A DNA stretch of 64,000 nucleotides from Octopus vulgaris (GCA_951406725.2 OX597822.1:98518001-98582000); one strand, 5' to 3'; numbered from the stretch's first letter, positions 37,706-52,039 are shown. The notes: generated by a model from the sequence alone, not told the origin. Program-made: numbers and translations.

Positions 37706-40678
37706 ATCACTCGGATAGTTATTATTTATACTTTACACGGACAAGTCTATCCCTAGCAGGGGGCCATCGTAACTCTCATCACAACATATCCTATTTTGAG
37801 ATTCCCACTACTGTGAGAAAAATGGAATTTCTTTCATTTTGTTTTCTTTCCAACACATCTCCCTCTTTGTTTGTTTTAGCTGTTGTATCTTAATTGTTAC
37901 ACGACATTAAAGGTAGTATTGTTCATTACATACAACACTATTTTAGTTGTACTAAGCACTCTTGTTTTTTTTTTCGGTGGGGTGGGGTTGAAATTTCAAT
38001 ATCTTCTTCGCTTAGGTATTACTTCCAGATATTCAGTCTGTTTTTGCTTTCTGAAGTTAGTTCTAGGGGGTTCAGTATCTCTCGGTGCTGGCATTTCAAA
38101 CATATCATAGAAGACTTCCATTGGTATTACCATTCGTTCTTTAACTGCTTAAGGTGTCTCTTATGTTCCGAACGTTGTCCTTTAATTAAATACTTCATGT
38201 TAACTAATATTTGGATTACACAACCATCCTCCCAACTTTCTTCACTGTTTTTGTAATTTTTAAAATGAACTTTATCTCCTACTTCGAAATGGGTTGTCGA
38301 TATTTCTTGTATTTACTTCAAATGTATTTTTTATCTTTCACTAACATGTATATTTTCCTGGTAATAATTTATCGAAGATCGATGTTATTTTACACGTGAA
38401 CATTAACTCTGCTGTTATTTAGATTTGACGTTATTCGTTATACTCTTAAAAGTGTCGTTAGTACCACGACATTATCTATTCACTGGTCCAGCATAGTCGA
38501 TACATATCCTGGACTATGGGCTCCCAGTCTCCGTGCATGGACTTAGTTTGTCCGAGAGTATTTTTTATTGGGACAATCATTTACGTTTTAACAATAGAGA
38601 TTTATGGGGAGGTCCCATAAATCGAACAATGATAAAGAATCGGTACCAAACAAATCGGTTGTATTTTTAACAACGAAGATTTTTGCATTGCATATCTTTC
38701 TTCGAAATGTGACATTATTCCACATTTCGCCTATGAAATTTAATTTGGCGCCTGTCACGCTACCAGCAGATTTCGCTGTTTTTCTCAACATAGGTTTCCC
38801 AATTTTTTTATGTCAATATTTATCATTGAACTACCACTTCCAATATCCAATTGAAGTTTAATGTTTTTCCATTTATTTTTTGCGTACGGATTTTCTTCTT
38901 TGGGAATCGATTTTTGTTTCTGATGAGAGCACTCTAGAATTTTTAACGTTTGACCTTCATAATTTTGTTCTGCAGTGTAAATTCTTGTGACCAATTCTTT
39001 TGCAACTGTAGCTTTTTTGATTTTTAAATGAGCAATCTTTTCTGAAATGTATGCCCACACATCCATAATATCGATTAGGACGTGACGCTTATTTTTTGGT
39101 TGTACTTTTCCGGTCAGTATATCTGTATTTTTAAGGAATCCTTTTCTTGAATTTGTTCTACATCATTTTTCAGGTTTACCATCCTTCGGCATTCTTCTGC
39201 TACGGACTGTAAGGTTAGATCTTGTTTCACTTGTTCCAATTTAGAAAGTATTCTTACCCGAGTTTCTCTATCTTTCCCTGCTGTAAGGCTTTGTGCGAAA
39301 ATAAGACACTTGAACATCTCAGGTATAAGTTCTTTGGGTCTAAAACTTTCACACATCCTGCTGACTGTTCCTACGTATGTGATAAAATCATCGTTCTCTT
39401 TTTTCGTTATAGTCCAACACTTCATTCGAGTATTATATAGAGAATTTTTTTATCACCGAATATGTTAGTAATTCTATTGTTTCTTTAAAACAAACTTCAT
39501 TATTATTATGTTTTTTTTTTTTTGGCAATATGAAATTACAGTAACGTTCATGCTCGAACGGAGCTAATTTTCGCAATAACAATCTGACTTCGATACATTC
39601 TGTAGCACGATGCAAAAAGTTACACTCTCCTCTGGGTTATAACTGAATTCATTAATCGAATTGGAAACGCCGTCTGACGAAAACGAACTTAACTCATTTT
39701 AGGACTTCTTTGAATATAGCTGCAATAATTGTTGCTGCTGTAGTTGTTGCTGTAATAATTGCTTCTGCAACTCCTGTTGATGGTTTTGTTGTTGCTTTTG
39801 CAACTGTACTATGAAAGCTAATAGGTGTCCATTATTCAACAAGTATCACGAACAAATTGTTAAATAACCAACGCTAACTTCGAAAACCTCGTCGCCAGAT
39901 GTAACATAATTTGTTACGTATAATAAATAAGATAATCAGACAACAGTAAAACAATGTAACGAACTAACACATCTCTTTGGGAATCAACAATATTTGATAT
40001 TCCTTGTGAACTAACCAGCCGGTACCTTCCGACTTCACTTCGAACTAACACGAACTACTCTCGACTCCGAACTCTGAACCTTGAATTCACTCGGATCATT
40101 ACTATTCGTACCAGTAAGCGGGCGTCGTAACTCTCATCACAAGAGATCGTTAAAGAGAAAAGCAAAAGCTTAGAGAGGGGTCGTCAAGTAGAAAAGTAGA
40201 GAAAAGCAATTTTTTCCGGTTTGCCTTTCAGTCATAGTAATAGAAAAGAGTGGTGTTAGTTTTTTCGTATTCTATTATTCTCTTCAAGAAATGAGTGTGA
40301 AAAAGAGAGACAAAACAGAAAAGTGGGAGGTGAAAGACAGAAAGTAGAGAAAACAGAAATTTTACTGCTTGCATTACAACCGTAGCCAGCAGACACACTG
40401 TCAATATATTTTGTACTGCTCTCTATGACAAAGATTAAATACTTGCCCATTCAAAGGACTTAGATCTTTACTCATAGACGGACAGATGAAGACGAAGTCA
40501 ATCTATGCTTCTTCTGTTGCTGATTGTGGTTTATTTCGTACGATTATTCGGTGTATATATATATATATATATACAGTATTTCCGTTATTTTTGTGGTTTA
40601 CAGTAACTAGCTGTTCTTTCTAATGTGTTCAATTCACGTTAAAGTGGATTCCTTATGTGTATAAATATACACTATATC

Positions 40679-40742
<64 letters not shown>

Positions 40743-41805
40743 ACATATGATATACAAATATGTGATATATGATATATTAATCAAGAGACTATAAAACCAT
40801 TTGTGTTGCAGCTGCAGTATTACATCTACAAAACAGGAAGCGATTTACTACGACATATCACATTTGCACGAAAAAATGTTTTTTTCCTGATCTTATTCTT
40901 ACAATCATATTTTAAATCAATTTTTACACTTGTTTTCAGCTTATGAAGAACTCAACCAACAAATACATAAAAGTATCATATGATCGGCACATAAGGTATT
41001 CTATGATGTCAAGCAGAAAAATTTTGCAAGATCTTGAAATCTGAATCCACGTTGAAAATATGATCGAATGCTTCTGTCAGTATAATTGTTATATAATATA
41101 TTGATTTCTGTTTGAAATAATACAGAATAAAGGCATAAAATTCTAACAGACAAACACTATGATAAATAACAACAAACCCATAGCAAGATCTAAAATAAAA
41201 ACTGAGCTCAAGTATAACCTTACAATGAAAAGAATAGGTTATACCAGTTTATATTATATAAAAAATTATTCAAAATATTTCATTTTCAAGATATGGTGAC
41301 GACGAAACCAATATATGTGAAAGATAAATGATGGTATTTATAATATTATATCAGCTATTTTACCAGTTTAATATGAGCGCACATAGTATTATAGATTATA
41401 AATATGCCAACTCACAAAAGTATAAAATTTGACATTGATTTGATTTGGGGAGAATCCTATTATGTTTGTTATTGTTATTGTTGTTGTTTAGCCTGTCAAT
41501 GGAAAATATTTCTTTCATTCTATATGTTTATGCAACAAATAAATCAAGATTGTAAGATATCCTTATGAAAAGAAATATCGTCGCAAAGGGGCGAAGCGAG
41601 GATACTGTATTGAATTCTATAACTTAAATGTAGAAGCAAAAATATCGATTTTTAACTCAAATGCACTTGCCTGTTGATATTTACACCAGCTCAAATAAAA
41701 ATAAAACTTTGGTCTTCCTTTTATCTTCTTCTGTTTGTCTGACTGTCTATTTCTCTAAAAACACATGCACATTGATCCTTACACACACACACACACACAC
41801 ACATG

Positions 41806-41861
<56 letters not shown>

Positions 41862-41863
<2 letters not shown>

Positions 41864-42195
41864 ATATAATAAAAAAACTACTCTGTCTGGCTGTGTGTAT
41901 GTCTTCTAGGATCTCGGGCATCCTCCATCCAATTGCGTTCAAATTTGATATGTAGATACCGACGGTAACAGGGCGTCTTGAGAAAATTATAAAAATCGAT
42001 TCCAGGTGAGAATGCGATCGATAAAGCATTCTTTGGAATAGAAAAAAGTCTATCTTTATTTCTTCTTTTGCTGGTGTCTCAAATTTAGGTTAAATCAGTG
42101 TTTCTCAATGGGGAGGCCTATGGGTCGGACAAGTTGTTTTGAGAAAATTTGGTTTAAATGTTTGACAACTCAGCACTGTCCATTGGACGGGAGCG
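41862..42195 (+). mobile_element. Possible Helitron-like non-autonomous fragment
   Basis: TAATATAATAAAAAAA...CTGTCTGGCTGTGTGTATGTC...CCAATTGCGTTCAAATTTGATATG resembles non-autonomous Helitron 5' ends. No 3' hairpin/CTAG seen. Confidence 0.35.
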
Positions 42196-42200
42196 TTTTG

Positions 42201-42253
<53 letters not shown>

Positions 42254-42255
<2 letters not shown>

Positions 42256-42484
42256 CTTTACTACCCACAAGGGGCTAAACATAGAGGGGACAAACAAGGA
42301 CAGACAAAGGGATTAAGTCGATTACATCGACCCCAGTGCGTAACTGGTACTTAATTTATCGACCCCGAAAGGATGAAAGGCAAAGTCGACCTCGGCGGAA
42401 TTTGAACCCAGAACACTTAACGGCAGACGAAATACGGCTACGCATTTCGCCCGACGTGCTAACGTTTCTGCCAGCTCGCCGCCT
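42254..42484 (-). mobile_element. SINE type A
   Basis: Reverse complement of the type A consensus. Confidence 0.9.
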
Positions 42485-42509
42485 TGTATATACATAGATA
42501 TATATATAT

Positions 42510-42599
<90 letters not shown>

Positions 42600-42629
42600 A
42601 TTCAATGTGATCATCACTGTTATTGCTAC

Positions 42630-43040
42630 GGCGGCTATCTGGAAGTATCATTATCGCGCCGGGCAAAATACTTAGCCTTATTGCATCCATCTTTACGTTC
42701 TGAGTTCAAATTCCTCCCAGGTTGACTTTGCCTTTCATTCCTTCGCGGATGAGTACTGGAGTACTCCTCCGAAATTGCTGGCATTGTACCAAAATTGGAA
42801 ACTATAATTGCTATTGTTAAGACGGCGATCTGAGAGAATCGTTAGTGCGCTAGAGACAACACTTAACAACGTATCTTCCGAAACTTTACTTTCTTAGTTT
42901 AAAAACCGTCCAGGCTGATTTTGCATTTCACCTTTTCAGGGTCGATAAATCAAGAATGAGGCAAGCACTGGGCTCAACGTAATTGATTAACCACCTCCCA
43001 TAAAATTTCCGACCATGTGTCTGTAGTAGAAAGGATTATC
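42630..43040 (+). mobile_element. Two old head-to-tail SINE type A copies
   Basis: Diverged TTTACGTTCTGAGTTCAAATT / CCTTTTCAGGGTCGATAAAT units. Confidence 0.7.
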
Positions 43041-43054
43041 ATTCCTTTCGTTTC

Positions 43055-43650
43055 ATATCCACATACAACCCCAGAAACAAAGAAGCCTTCACCATCATCA
43101 CCCAGAATTTACCAATACTTCATAAGGACCCCAAATTAAAGGAAATTCTAAATATACATAAAATCATTAAAAGCTACAAACAACCTAAATCACTTAAAAA
43201 GATTCTCACAAAGGCAAAATTGTTTTCTGAAATTACGGATGCAAAAATAAAAAAAAATGTGGTAGACCAAACTGCGCAACATGCCCAAACCTTCTAGAAG
43301 GATCAGAATTCCTTTTCAAAGAGGGACAACAATTCAAGATCAGATCTAATTTTACTTGTGCTTCTGAAAACATAATTTATGTCATAAGGTGCTCGGGCTG
43401 CCACCAGAACTACGTGGGTCCACGGGATAATCACTCAGACGCAGATGCACTCTGCATCGACAACAGATTGCATTCCCAGAATACAGAATGATTCCCTTTA
43501 GTGAGCATATTGAGAAATGCGCAAAGCAACTACTACCACAATTTGTAATCTTTCCATTCTATCAACGTGCCATTGGAACACCAACACAAATTAGATTAAA
43601 CAAGGAAACATTCTTCATTGAAAAATATAAGCCTGAACTTAACCATCCTA
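43055..43650 (+). pseudogene. PLE linker + GIY-YIG endonuclease 3' fragment (3' UTR continues to ~44010)
   Basis: ISTYNPRN...SYKQPKSLKKIL...CGRPNCATC...FTCASENIIYVIRCSGCHQNYVG...LRRRCTLHRQQI...FSEHIEKC...FVIFPFYQ...RLNKETFFIEKYKPELN, with two apparent frameshifts. Confidence 0.9.
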
Positions 43651-44180
43651 ACATTCTTATATAGAGAAACTCATCTCATTAAAAAAGAGGAAAAGAAATA
43701 CAAAGCGATTATCTCCTTTATACCGGAAGAAATCGCTTATTACCTCCCCCTGCCTGGAACTCTTCTTTGCACTGCATAACGAAGACATGACATGATGTAG
43801 GTAAAGACATTTAAGAAATTTGAAAAGTTAACACGAAACCAGTAATTTCTCCAAAAACTATGTTACTATATGCAAAATTTTCTAACATTTTTCTAACATA
43901 ATGACTTAAATATATTCTTTAACCTTATAAAACAAGCCTTCTGTAGTCTTTTCACTCTTTCCTATTTTCTATATATCCAACCACGTGCTTTCATACACCA
44001 ACTTTCTCACCTATATATATATATTTGTGTGCGTGTTTCTTACTTTCTCTCCGTTGTAGCTGGAACAAGGAAGACATGTTCTTGTCTGTCTCCTGTCCAA
44101 GCTTGATTTACGCGTTCGCCACCACAACCTCTTTTAGTCTTACCAGCCCTTCCTGTTCATTTCACTGTCCTTTTTGTGTT

Positions 44181-44720
44181 ACCAATTTTAACACACCACA
44201 AAATCCCAAAATTTATTATTTAATTTGCTTTGCGGGAGCAAGTGCTTTATCGAAACCGTATATTTTTGTTAAATGCTCGAAATACGAGAGTAGAAAAACA
44301 GCCAACAAACAACTTATGATGGATCGTTCTTTATACAGTTTATCTTGTTTTTCCTTTGTCTTTCGTTGTTCGAAAACATAATTCATATTCCATGTACTCG
44401 TAGTTCATATTCTTTTGTTGTACATGTTTCGTGACGTCCTGTGCCCACATACCAATTTTAACACACCACAAAATCCCAAAATTTATTATTTAATTTGCTT
44501 TGCGGGAGCAAGTGCTTTATCGAAAGCGTATATTTTTGTTAAATGCTCGAAATACGAGAGTAGAAAAACAGCCAACAAACAACTTATGATGGATCGTTCT
44601 TTATACAGTTTATCTTGTTTTTCCTTTGTCTTTCGTTGTTCGAAAACATAATTCATATTCCATGTACTCGTAGTTCATATTCTTTTGTTGTACATGTTTC
44701 GTGACGTCCTGTGCCCACAT
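44181..44720 (+). repeat. 270-bp direct tandem repeat (2 copies), PLE pLTR-like
   Basis: 44181-44450 vs 44451-44720 differ at one base seen (GAAACCG/GAAAGCG). Lies between (TA)n tracts. Confidence 0.9.
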
Positions 44721-44721
44721 A

Positions 44722-44756
<35 letters not shown>

Positions 44757-44760
<4 letters not shown>

Positions 44761-44964
44761 AATGTGACCGCGTGTGTACCGTTGACAATTTTTTTCCTCT
44801 GTCTTCCCTTCTCTGGATCTTTCCTTCCCCTATGTTTCCGACGAAGAGCTCCGCTCGAAACGTTAAACCCTCCTTCTTTCCTTCTTTCCTGAGCAATAAT
44901 ACTATGTATGTTCCACGTCCTCGCGTTGTTGTGTTTTCTCTTTGTGTTTTCATGTTTGGATTAA

Positions 44965-44968
<4 letters not shown>
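44757..44968 (+). mobile_element. (TA)n-embedded mini-element with minimal hammerhead-like motif
   Basis: Flanked by (TA)n; its tail recurs at 29212-29302. Confidence 0.8.
44834..44868 (+). ncRNA. Minimal hammerhead-like motif (CCGACGA+A core)
   Basis: GTTT-CCGACGA-A-GAGC-TCC-GCTC-GAAAC-GTT-AAAC: stem I GTTT/AAAC, stem II GAGC/GCTC and palindromic AACGTT stem III. Confidence 0.7.
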
Positions 44969-45021
<53 letters not shown>

Positions 45022-45023
<2 letters not shown>

Positions 45024-45428
45024 TCTTTTTCTTTTACTCTTTTACTTGTTTCAGTCATTTGACTGCGACCATGCTGGAGCACCGCCTTTAGTCGAGCAAA
45101 TCGACCCCCGGGATTTATTCTTTGTAAGCCCAGTACTTATTCTATCGGTCTCTTTTGCCGAACCGCTAAGTGACGGGGACGTAAACACACCAGCATCGGT
45201 TGTCAAGCAATGCTAGGGGGACAAACACAGACACGCAAACATATACACACACACTTATATATACATATACATATATACGACAGGCTTCTTTCAGTTTCCG
45301 TCTACCAAATCCACTCACAAGGCATTGGTCGGCCCGCGGCTATAGCAGAAGACACTTGCCCAAGATTCCACGCAGTGGGACTGAACCCGGAACCATGTGG
45401 TTGGTTAGCAAGCTACTTACCACACAGC

Positions 45429-45430
<2 letters not shown>
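45022..45430 (-). mobile_element. SINE type C
   Basis: Near-identical to 14128-14532. Confidence 0.9.
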
Positions 45431-45464
<34 letters not shown>

Positions 45465-45566
45465 GATACGTATAGAGGTAAGTATGTATATATACGTATG
45501 TATAAAAGCATATATATATTATTTATATTATTATATGATTGAACGCCATGCATACTCTTCCGATTA

Positions 45567-45628
<62 letters not shown>

Positions 45629-46244
45629 GTGTGTGTGTGTGTGTGTGTGTACATGCATATAGGAATATATGTACTTATTCAAAATACTCATATGTTCCGA
45701 AATAAGAATTCTCATTTTTGTAGAAGGGAAGCCAGTAATTCAGTGCATTGGCATTGCGAAGAAAATAACATTTACTGCCTATATTTACTATTTGTTCCGC
45801 GTTTGTTAATCTATACGTACACTCATATACACAAAGATGCACACTCAAATATCTATGCATAAATCTATTTATTTATCTGTTTATATGTATGTATGTGATT
45901 GCATATGCCTGTGTGTAAGCTTATATATGTGTCCATGTGTGTGTACGTGTTTGTGCGAGTGACTTCGTGTGAGTGCGTGCGCGTGTGCACGTATGTGTAT
46001 CAATATTTCGTAGATTCTCATCTTATATTCTTTTATACCGGTTAAATTCCGAACAGCTAAGTTCAACATTGCAGAAATGAATTAATTGAATTGCTCGATT
46101 TCATATAATCTTGGTTTGATTTATTTTAATGTTAAATTTTAAACTAATATGTACTATATTTAAACTATTAATGTACTATAATGTAATGTCGATACATACA
46201 TACACACACACATGCACACACACGCACACACACATATATATATG

Positions 46245-46293
<49 letters not shown>

Positions 46294-46299
46294 GTATAT

Positions 46300-46580
46300 G
46301 TGGAGGCGCAATGGCCTAGTGGTTAGGGCAGCGAACTCGCGGTTTCGATTCCCAGAGCGGGCGTTGTGTGTGCTTATTGAGCGAAAACACCTAAAAGCTC
46401 CACGAGTCTCCGGCAGGGTGTGGGTGATCCCTGCTGTACTCTTTCACCACTCTTTCTCCCACTCTTTCTTCTGTTGGCCTGCTCGCTTAGCCAGCGGGGT
46501 GGCGTCATTCGAAGGCTAAAACAATGCGACGGCATTGTGACCAGCGATGTGTAACAATAGCTGATGGTCTGGTCGGTCAA
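46300..46580 (+). mobile_element. SINE with type B head and a different tail
   Basis: Type B head to ~46470, then an unrelated tail GGCCTGCTCGCTTAGCCAGCGGGG...TCTGGTCGGTC. Confidence 0.8.
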
Positions 46581-46595
46581 AAAAGAAAAGAAAGT

Positions 46596-46627
<32 letters not shown>

Positions 46628-46997
46628 CAACGTTTAGGAAACAGATTTTCATATCGTAGGCAACGAAATCAATCCCTCCGATATGAATAATAAAAGCCTT
46701 TCCATATTTTTAAAATTCTAAAATTCCTAATCCCAATGTATCAACATTAAACTGATCAGACCAAGAATATATGCAGTATCTTATCTATTGGTGGTACTTC
46801 TCTTTTCTCTGTTAAATAACCTAAATTCTAAAGAGCAGTTATTTCTGTAAGGTGAAAAATCTTCACAAAACTCCCAGAAAGGAGCATTCCATGAATCTGA
46901 TGTTGATCTCAGACTTCAGATGCGAGATCTCAACAGGGAAAAATATTTTAAGGTAATAAAATTCTTGAAATTTGATATTCTGTGGATATATTCTCTA

Positions 46998-47205
46998 TTT
47001 TTTTTACTCTTTTACTTGTTTCAGTCATTTGACTGCGGCCATGCTGGAGCACCGCCTTTAGTCGAGCAAATCGACCCCGGGACTTATTCTTTGTAAGCCC
47101 AGTACTTATTCTATCGGTCTCTTTTTGCCGAACCGCTAAGTGACGGGGACGTAAACACACCAGCATCGGTTGTCAAGCAATGCTAGGGGGACAAACACAG
47201 ACACA

Positions 47206-47251
<46 letters not shown>

Positions 47252-47430
47252 CATATATACATATATACGACAGGCTTCTTTCAGTTTCCGTCTACCAAAT
47301 CCACTCACAAGGCATTGGTCGGCCCGGGGCTATAGCAGAAGACACTTGCCCAAGATGCCACGCAGTGGGACTGAACCCGGAACCATGTGGTTGTTTAGCA
47401 AGCTACTTACCACACAGCCACTCCTGCGCC
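46998..47430 (-). mobile_element. SINE type C
   Basis: Full-length; head GGCGCAGGAGTGGCTGTGTGGTAAG on minus. Confidence 0.9.
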
Positions 47431-48146
47431 TGTTTAATATTCCGACATCAAGATGAGTAGATATGTTGGAGTTGGAGTTTCGTACCACTGGTCAGCGCTC
47501 ATTGCGTAGATCTATAATCGAAAGCTGTCTAGCTTATCATTTATCATTTATCATCTATCACGCAATGTTTCTGTTACTTCATTACGGAATGTACAATTTC
47601 TGTCTTATAAATTAAATAGATATGTGATTTGAAGGAGATTCGATTGTTATTTGTGGCAAGTGATGTACAGGAATACCTAGTTGACTAAACAGAGAAATAA
47701 GTATTTTGAGTAGGCCATGTTGGAACTTCAGAAATATGTTGAGAAAAGAAAATGTGTGTTTAACAGCTAATGGTAATATTGTTGTAGTGGGTGTATATTT
47801 TTTCAGTTCTGTATATCCCAAATGTCAGCACCATCTCAGATATCTGAAAATCAGTTAAATGGAGGTTTAATTTGAGTTTATGGAGGGCCAGCCTGTTATA
47901 AAGAAGAACAGATTTCTGATAAAAACAGAATACCTGAATGCATATTTTTACCTTTGCAAATCAAAGCCTTAATTTTAAAAAATAATTAAAATGGAAATAA
48001 TATTAATGATGGATCGATATTGATTAATTCCACTCCATTATATTAATTAAATATGTTGTCAATTAAGAAAACTAATAGTCCAAGGCTTTCAAACTGCGTG
48101 CGTCACAACTTAGTCCTATTCGCACTCTAACCATGTTAGCCAGTCT

Positions 48147-48530
48147 TGAAGCACTCCGTCGGTTACGACGATGAGGGTTCCGGTTGATCCGAATCAACGG
48201 AACAGCCTGCTCGTGAAATTAATGTGTAAGTGGCTGAGCATTCCACAGACACGTGTACCCTTAACGTAGTTCTCGGGGATATTCAGCGTGACACAGAGAG
48301 TGACAAGGCCAGCCCTTTGAAATACAGGTACAACAGAAACAGGAAGTAAGAGTGAGAGAAAGTTGTGGTGAAAGAGTACAGCAGGGATCACCACCATCCC
48401 TGCCGGAGCCTCGTGGAGCTTTTTAGGTGTTTTCGCTCAATAAACACTCACAACGCCCGGTCTAGGAATCGAAACCGCGATCCTATGACCGCGAGTCCGC
48501 TGTCCTAAACACTGGGCCATTGCGCCTCCA
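48147..48530 (-). mobile_element. SINE type B with 13-bp TSD
   Basis: CATGTTAGCCAGT flanks both ends. Confidence 0.9.
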
Positions 48531-48778
48531 CATGTTAGCCAGTATGTCATTTCTAAAAACAAGATGTTATTCGTAGGATATTTCACTGCTCCTTCTAGTT
48601 TGTTACCCATTATAAATCCATTGCTCTATCTAGATTTCAATATTCACAACACTAAATCGCTCACCACCAATTAATACTTCGAACACCAATGATTTCTTCC
48701 AATCTCTCAGTTTTTTCGAAACCATTCATACCTAAAAGCAGTAAAAGAATGAAAGAAATGAACGAATGAATATACATT

Positions 48779-48868
<90 letters not shown>

Positions 48869-50042
48869 TGTGTGTGTGTGTGTGTGTGTGTTTTATATGT
48901 GCAGTTTGCTGCGGAAAACAGCACATATAGCATTCGCAGACTCACTAAGATGGCTGAACTTATGTCGTTGATGCGTCGTAAACTAGCGTGGTTAGAGTAA
49001 GGCCTTGTTAATAAGGACCAAGAGTGATTAGTGATAACAAGACGTGGGAGACGGGAATGCTGGAGTGGATTTAGCATGGTAACTGACACCTCGAAGAAGT
49101 AAACTCAATTGCTGTAGCTGTAGAAAATGCAGAGAGGAAATATCGCGCCTGTCTGTCAGAGACTAGTGAATGTCTGCAATTTTAAGCCTGATTCATCGAA
49201 TACTCATTCTCTAGATGATTTGAAAATTGCCTCTATATGTGTGCAAAAGCATCACTGTCCAAGACGTTAGACTAATATGTGACTAATATGAGTTTCACTT
49301 GTGCTTTGTAGTTCGTAATTAATTGTTTAGGGCTGAAGTATTTTCAAGGCCCCCGAAAGGATGGACCAGTTTTTCAGATGCAGTCTTAGTTTTATCAAGG
49401 ATGACCTTTCACCAGAAAAGATGCTTGGTTTATTTGAAGTCCCTCATTTAGATGAAGAATTTTGAATGTTCTAGTTTTGTAGTGCGATGATGTTTTCCTG
49501 ATGTGAGATTCACTTTATTTTTTTTGTTGTTGTCGAAAGAGATTAGACTGAAATGGTTCCATTCTCATACATATCAATCTGATATGTGGATGGTAATGAG
49601 ATGTATCATCCTCGCAAGAATGGGTCCAACTACAATGTTTGAGGTAAATAGAAACGTAATAGTATAGCATGGTATATCGATTGTATGTCCATTCGTCACA
49701 GATTATGAGGTGAAATTAATGTCCAGTACATATGAGAGAAAGCCTTCAGGTTATCAAATACCGAATAAATATGTCATTGAGCTGTCGTTAATAAATAAAA
49801 AATATTCTCCTCATGCTGGAATTAAATATGTAGGGAATAACGAGTGAAAGAAGAAACAAGAAAACGATGCAATGTAAAAAGATAGTCTTTACCAAATTTT
49901 ACCTTTTTCCTGTTTTTCTTTTCTTCATATTTTACTAAATACATAGATTCTTTTACCGAATACATACTTCAAAACAAAAGAATACTCATAACATTATGAG
50001 TGTAGGATATATATGGTAATACAGATTATACTTAAATGTGAA

Positions 50043-50380
50043 GGCGCATGGCTCAGTGGTTAGAGCGTCGAGCTTACGATCGTGAGGTTGTGAGCTCGAA
50101 TCCCGGACCGGGCTGCGTGTTGTGTTCTTGAGCAAGGCACTTTATTTCACGTTGCTCCAGTTCACTCAACTGTAGAAATGAGTTGCGACGTCACTGGTGC
50201 CAAGCTGTATCGACCTTTGTCTTTCCCTTGGATAACACTGGTGGTGGGGACAGGGAAGGCCGGTATTCATGGACGACTGCTGGTCTTCCATAAACAACCT
50301 TGCCTGGACTTGTGTCTAGGAGGGTAACTTTCTAGGTGCAATCCCATGGTCATTCATGACCGAAGGGGGTCTTTACCCTT
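50043..50380 (+). mobile_element. SINE type D (tRNA head, CORE-like, distinct tail); tail-only copy at 59052-59178 (minus)
   Basis: A/B boxes and GTGTTCTTGAGCAAGGCACTTTATTTCAC. The tail CTGGTCTTCCATAAACAACC...CATGACCGAAGGGGGTC is matched in reverse at ~59052-59178. Confidence 0.85.
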
Positions 50381-50590
50381 ACTTAAGTGTTTATTTAAAC
50401 AGAAAATAGTTAAAACAAAAGTTTTTTTTATCTATTTAAAGATGTTTATACTCTAAAGTATCGAACGCAGAAAGCAACAAAACAAGTAATTGACAAATAC
50501 ATTATGACATTTAAATTTAATATTATGAGAATCTACTTTTTGGAAATTAAATTTTTCCTCAGTGTAGCAATTGTCCATCTAATGTCATTA

Positions 50591-50949
50591 TTTCCTGCGC
50601 CTTAGCGAAAGAGGAGGTATTGTTTTCAGTCGTGTTTGTCTGTCCGTGGAAAGATATCTCAAGAATCGCTGGATGGATTCGGATGAAACATTTAGGGATG
50701 TTTGACCTCATGACTGGCATGAATTTCGTAGATTTTGGGATCGACCTGGCACCGGAAACGATTCTAGATTATTTTTCCTTTTTTTTAACCTAATTTTTGA
50801 GAGCAGTCGGTTTCATTTTTAGTATTTTCGCTTGTGAGAACAGTCGAGTTTATTTCAGACATTCTCATTTTAAAACTCATCTCCGGCTAATCGTTGAGAG
50901 GAGGTTGATGTTGCCTTGGCGGAGGTTTTCACTCTGTGTTTTCTTGTTT
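50591..50949 (+). mobile_element. Helentron-associated (HINE/DINE-1-like) non-autonomous element
   Basis: Subterminal inverted pair CCTGCGCC (50594) / GGCGGAGG (50918), GGAGGTATTGTTTTC followed by TGTTTGTCTGTCCGT, and T-rich termini. Confidence 0.6.
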
Positions 50950-52039
50950 ATATATACTTTTGCATTACTTCTTTTGCTTGGTTTGGCATTTCTGTTTTAT
51001 CCATTATGCTCAACATATTCTTCCTAACAGAATTCAAAGATGTCTCATATATGAGTTACTCTCACTGGTATCCTACCTCTATCACTGAAACCACCAATGC
51101 TATTTAATTACGTTACATATTGAACAAAACATGTTCCACACATTCTGGAAAACAGTCGTAGCATCGAATCAATACCTACTCCATTACTCGAATTAATAAA
51201 CCATTGCCTTTTTCACGCGCGTAGGTTGAACCGAAACCAAAACAAACATTAGAAAGCCGAAGCCAGTAAAACAAAATGAAACCATCAAGTGTAGTTCTGA
51301 CTTGGATGATGATTATATTGACCTGGAAACTAATTGACCTGATGACAAATCGTCCAAGCGTCGTAAGGACCGGTACCTTTGTTTTTTTTAAGCAATCAGA
51401 TTTACTTTTACTTGTGGCGTGCGTGCGCGCCTGCGGGTGCAAAGTGTGAACACGTGGAATGAAAGCGCTTGATTTGGAGGAAGTTTGCCAAGGGTATGCT
51501 ACGTGGAGTTGGATACAAGGCGGCAGCAAAAAGTGAAGGCTTTGTCCGCGATTGTACTGTTCACAAACTATCGATATTCAGAAGTAGATTAAAAGAAAAT
51601 TCTGTAAATGCGACTAATTCTTTTGGCAAGGGATCAGAAAAATGGACTATAGTTTGGGAAGTGGGGGTACTTGGGGCATGTCTGATAAAGAATATCATTT
51701 TGTACTGTTCGGATAATGTTCTTGCAAAAGGTGTATTGTTGAGTTCTTGGAGGTGGGTGAGATTTTACGTGTGGAGAAGGCCAAGGCTGCTGCTTGAAGC
51801 TACAGTGTAACTGGAGTGAAACACCTAGAAGACTGAAGGTATTGCGCTTTCATTGCCTGGGATGTGGGGGGATATAACTAAAAGTTTAGTTTCAATCGCT
51901 TACCTGGTCGTTTCTGATGGGTGAAGAACAAGGAACGTGTTCCTCTAGGAAAAGTTAGCATTAATTTAGTGGAAGACTAAACTGTCGGATAACTTGAAAT
52001 TCTATGAGGAGTGGAGTGTGGGTTCCTATCTGGCATATA

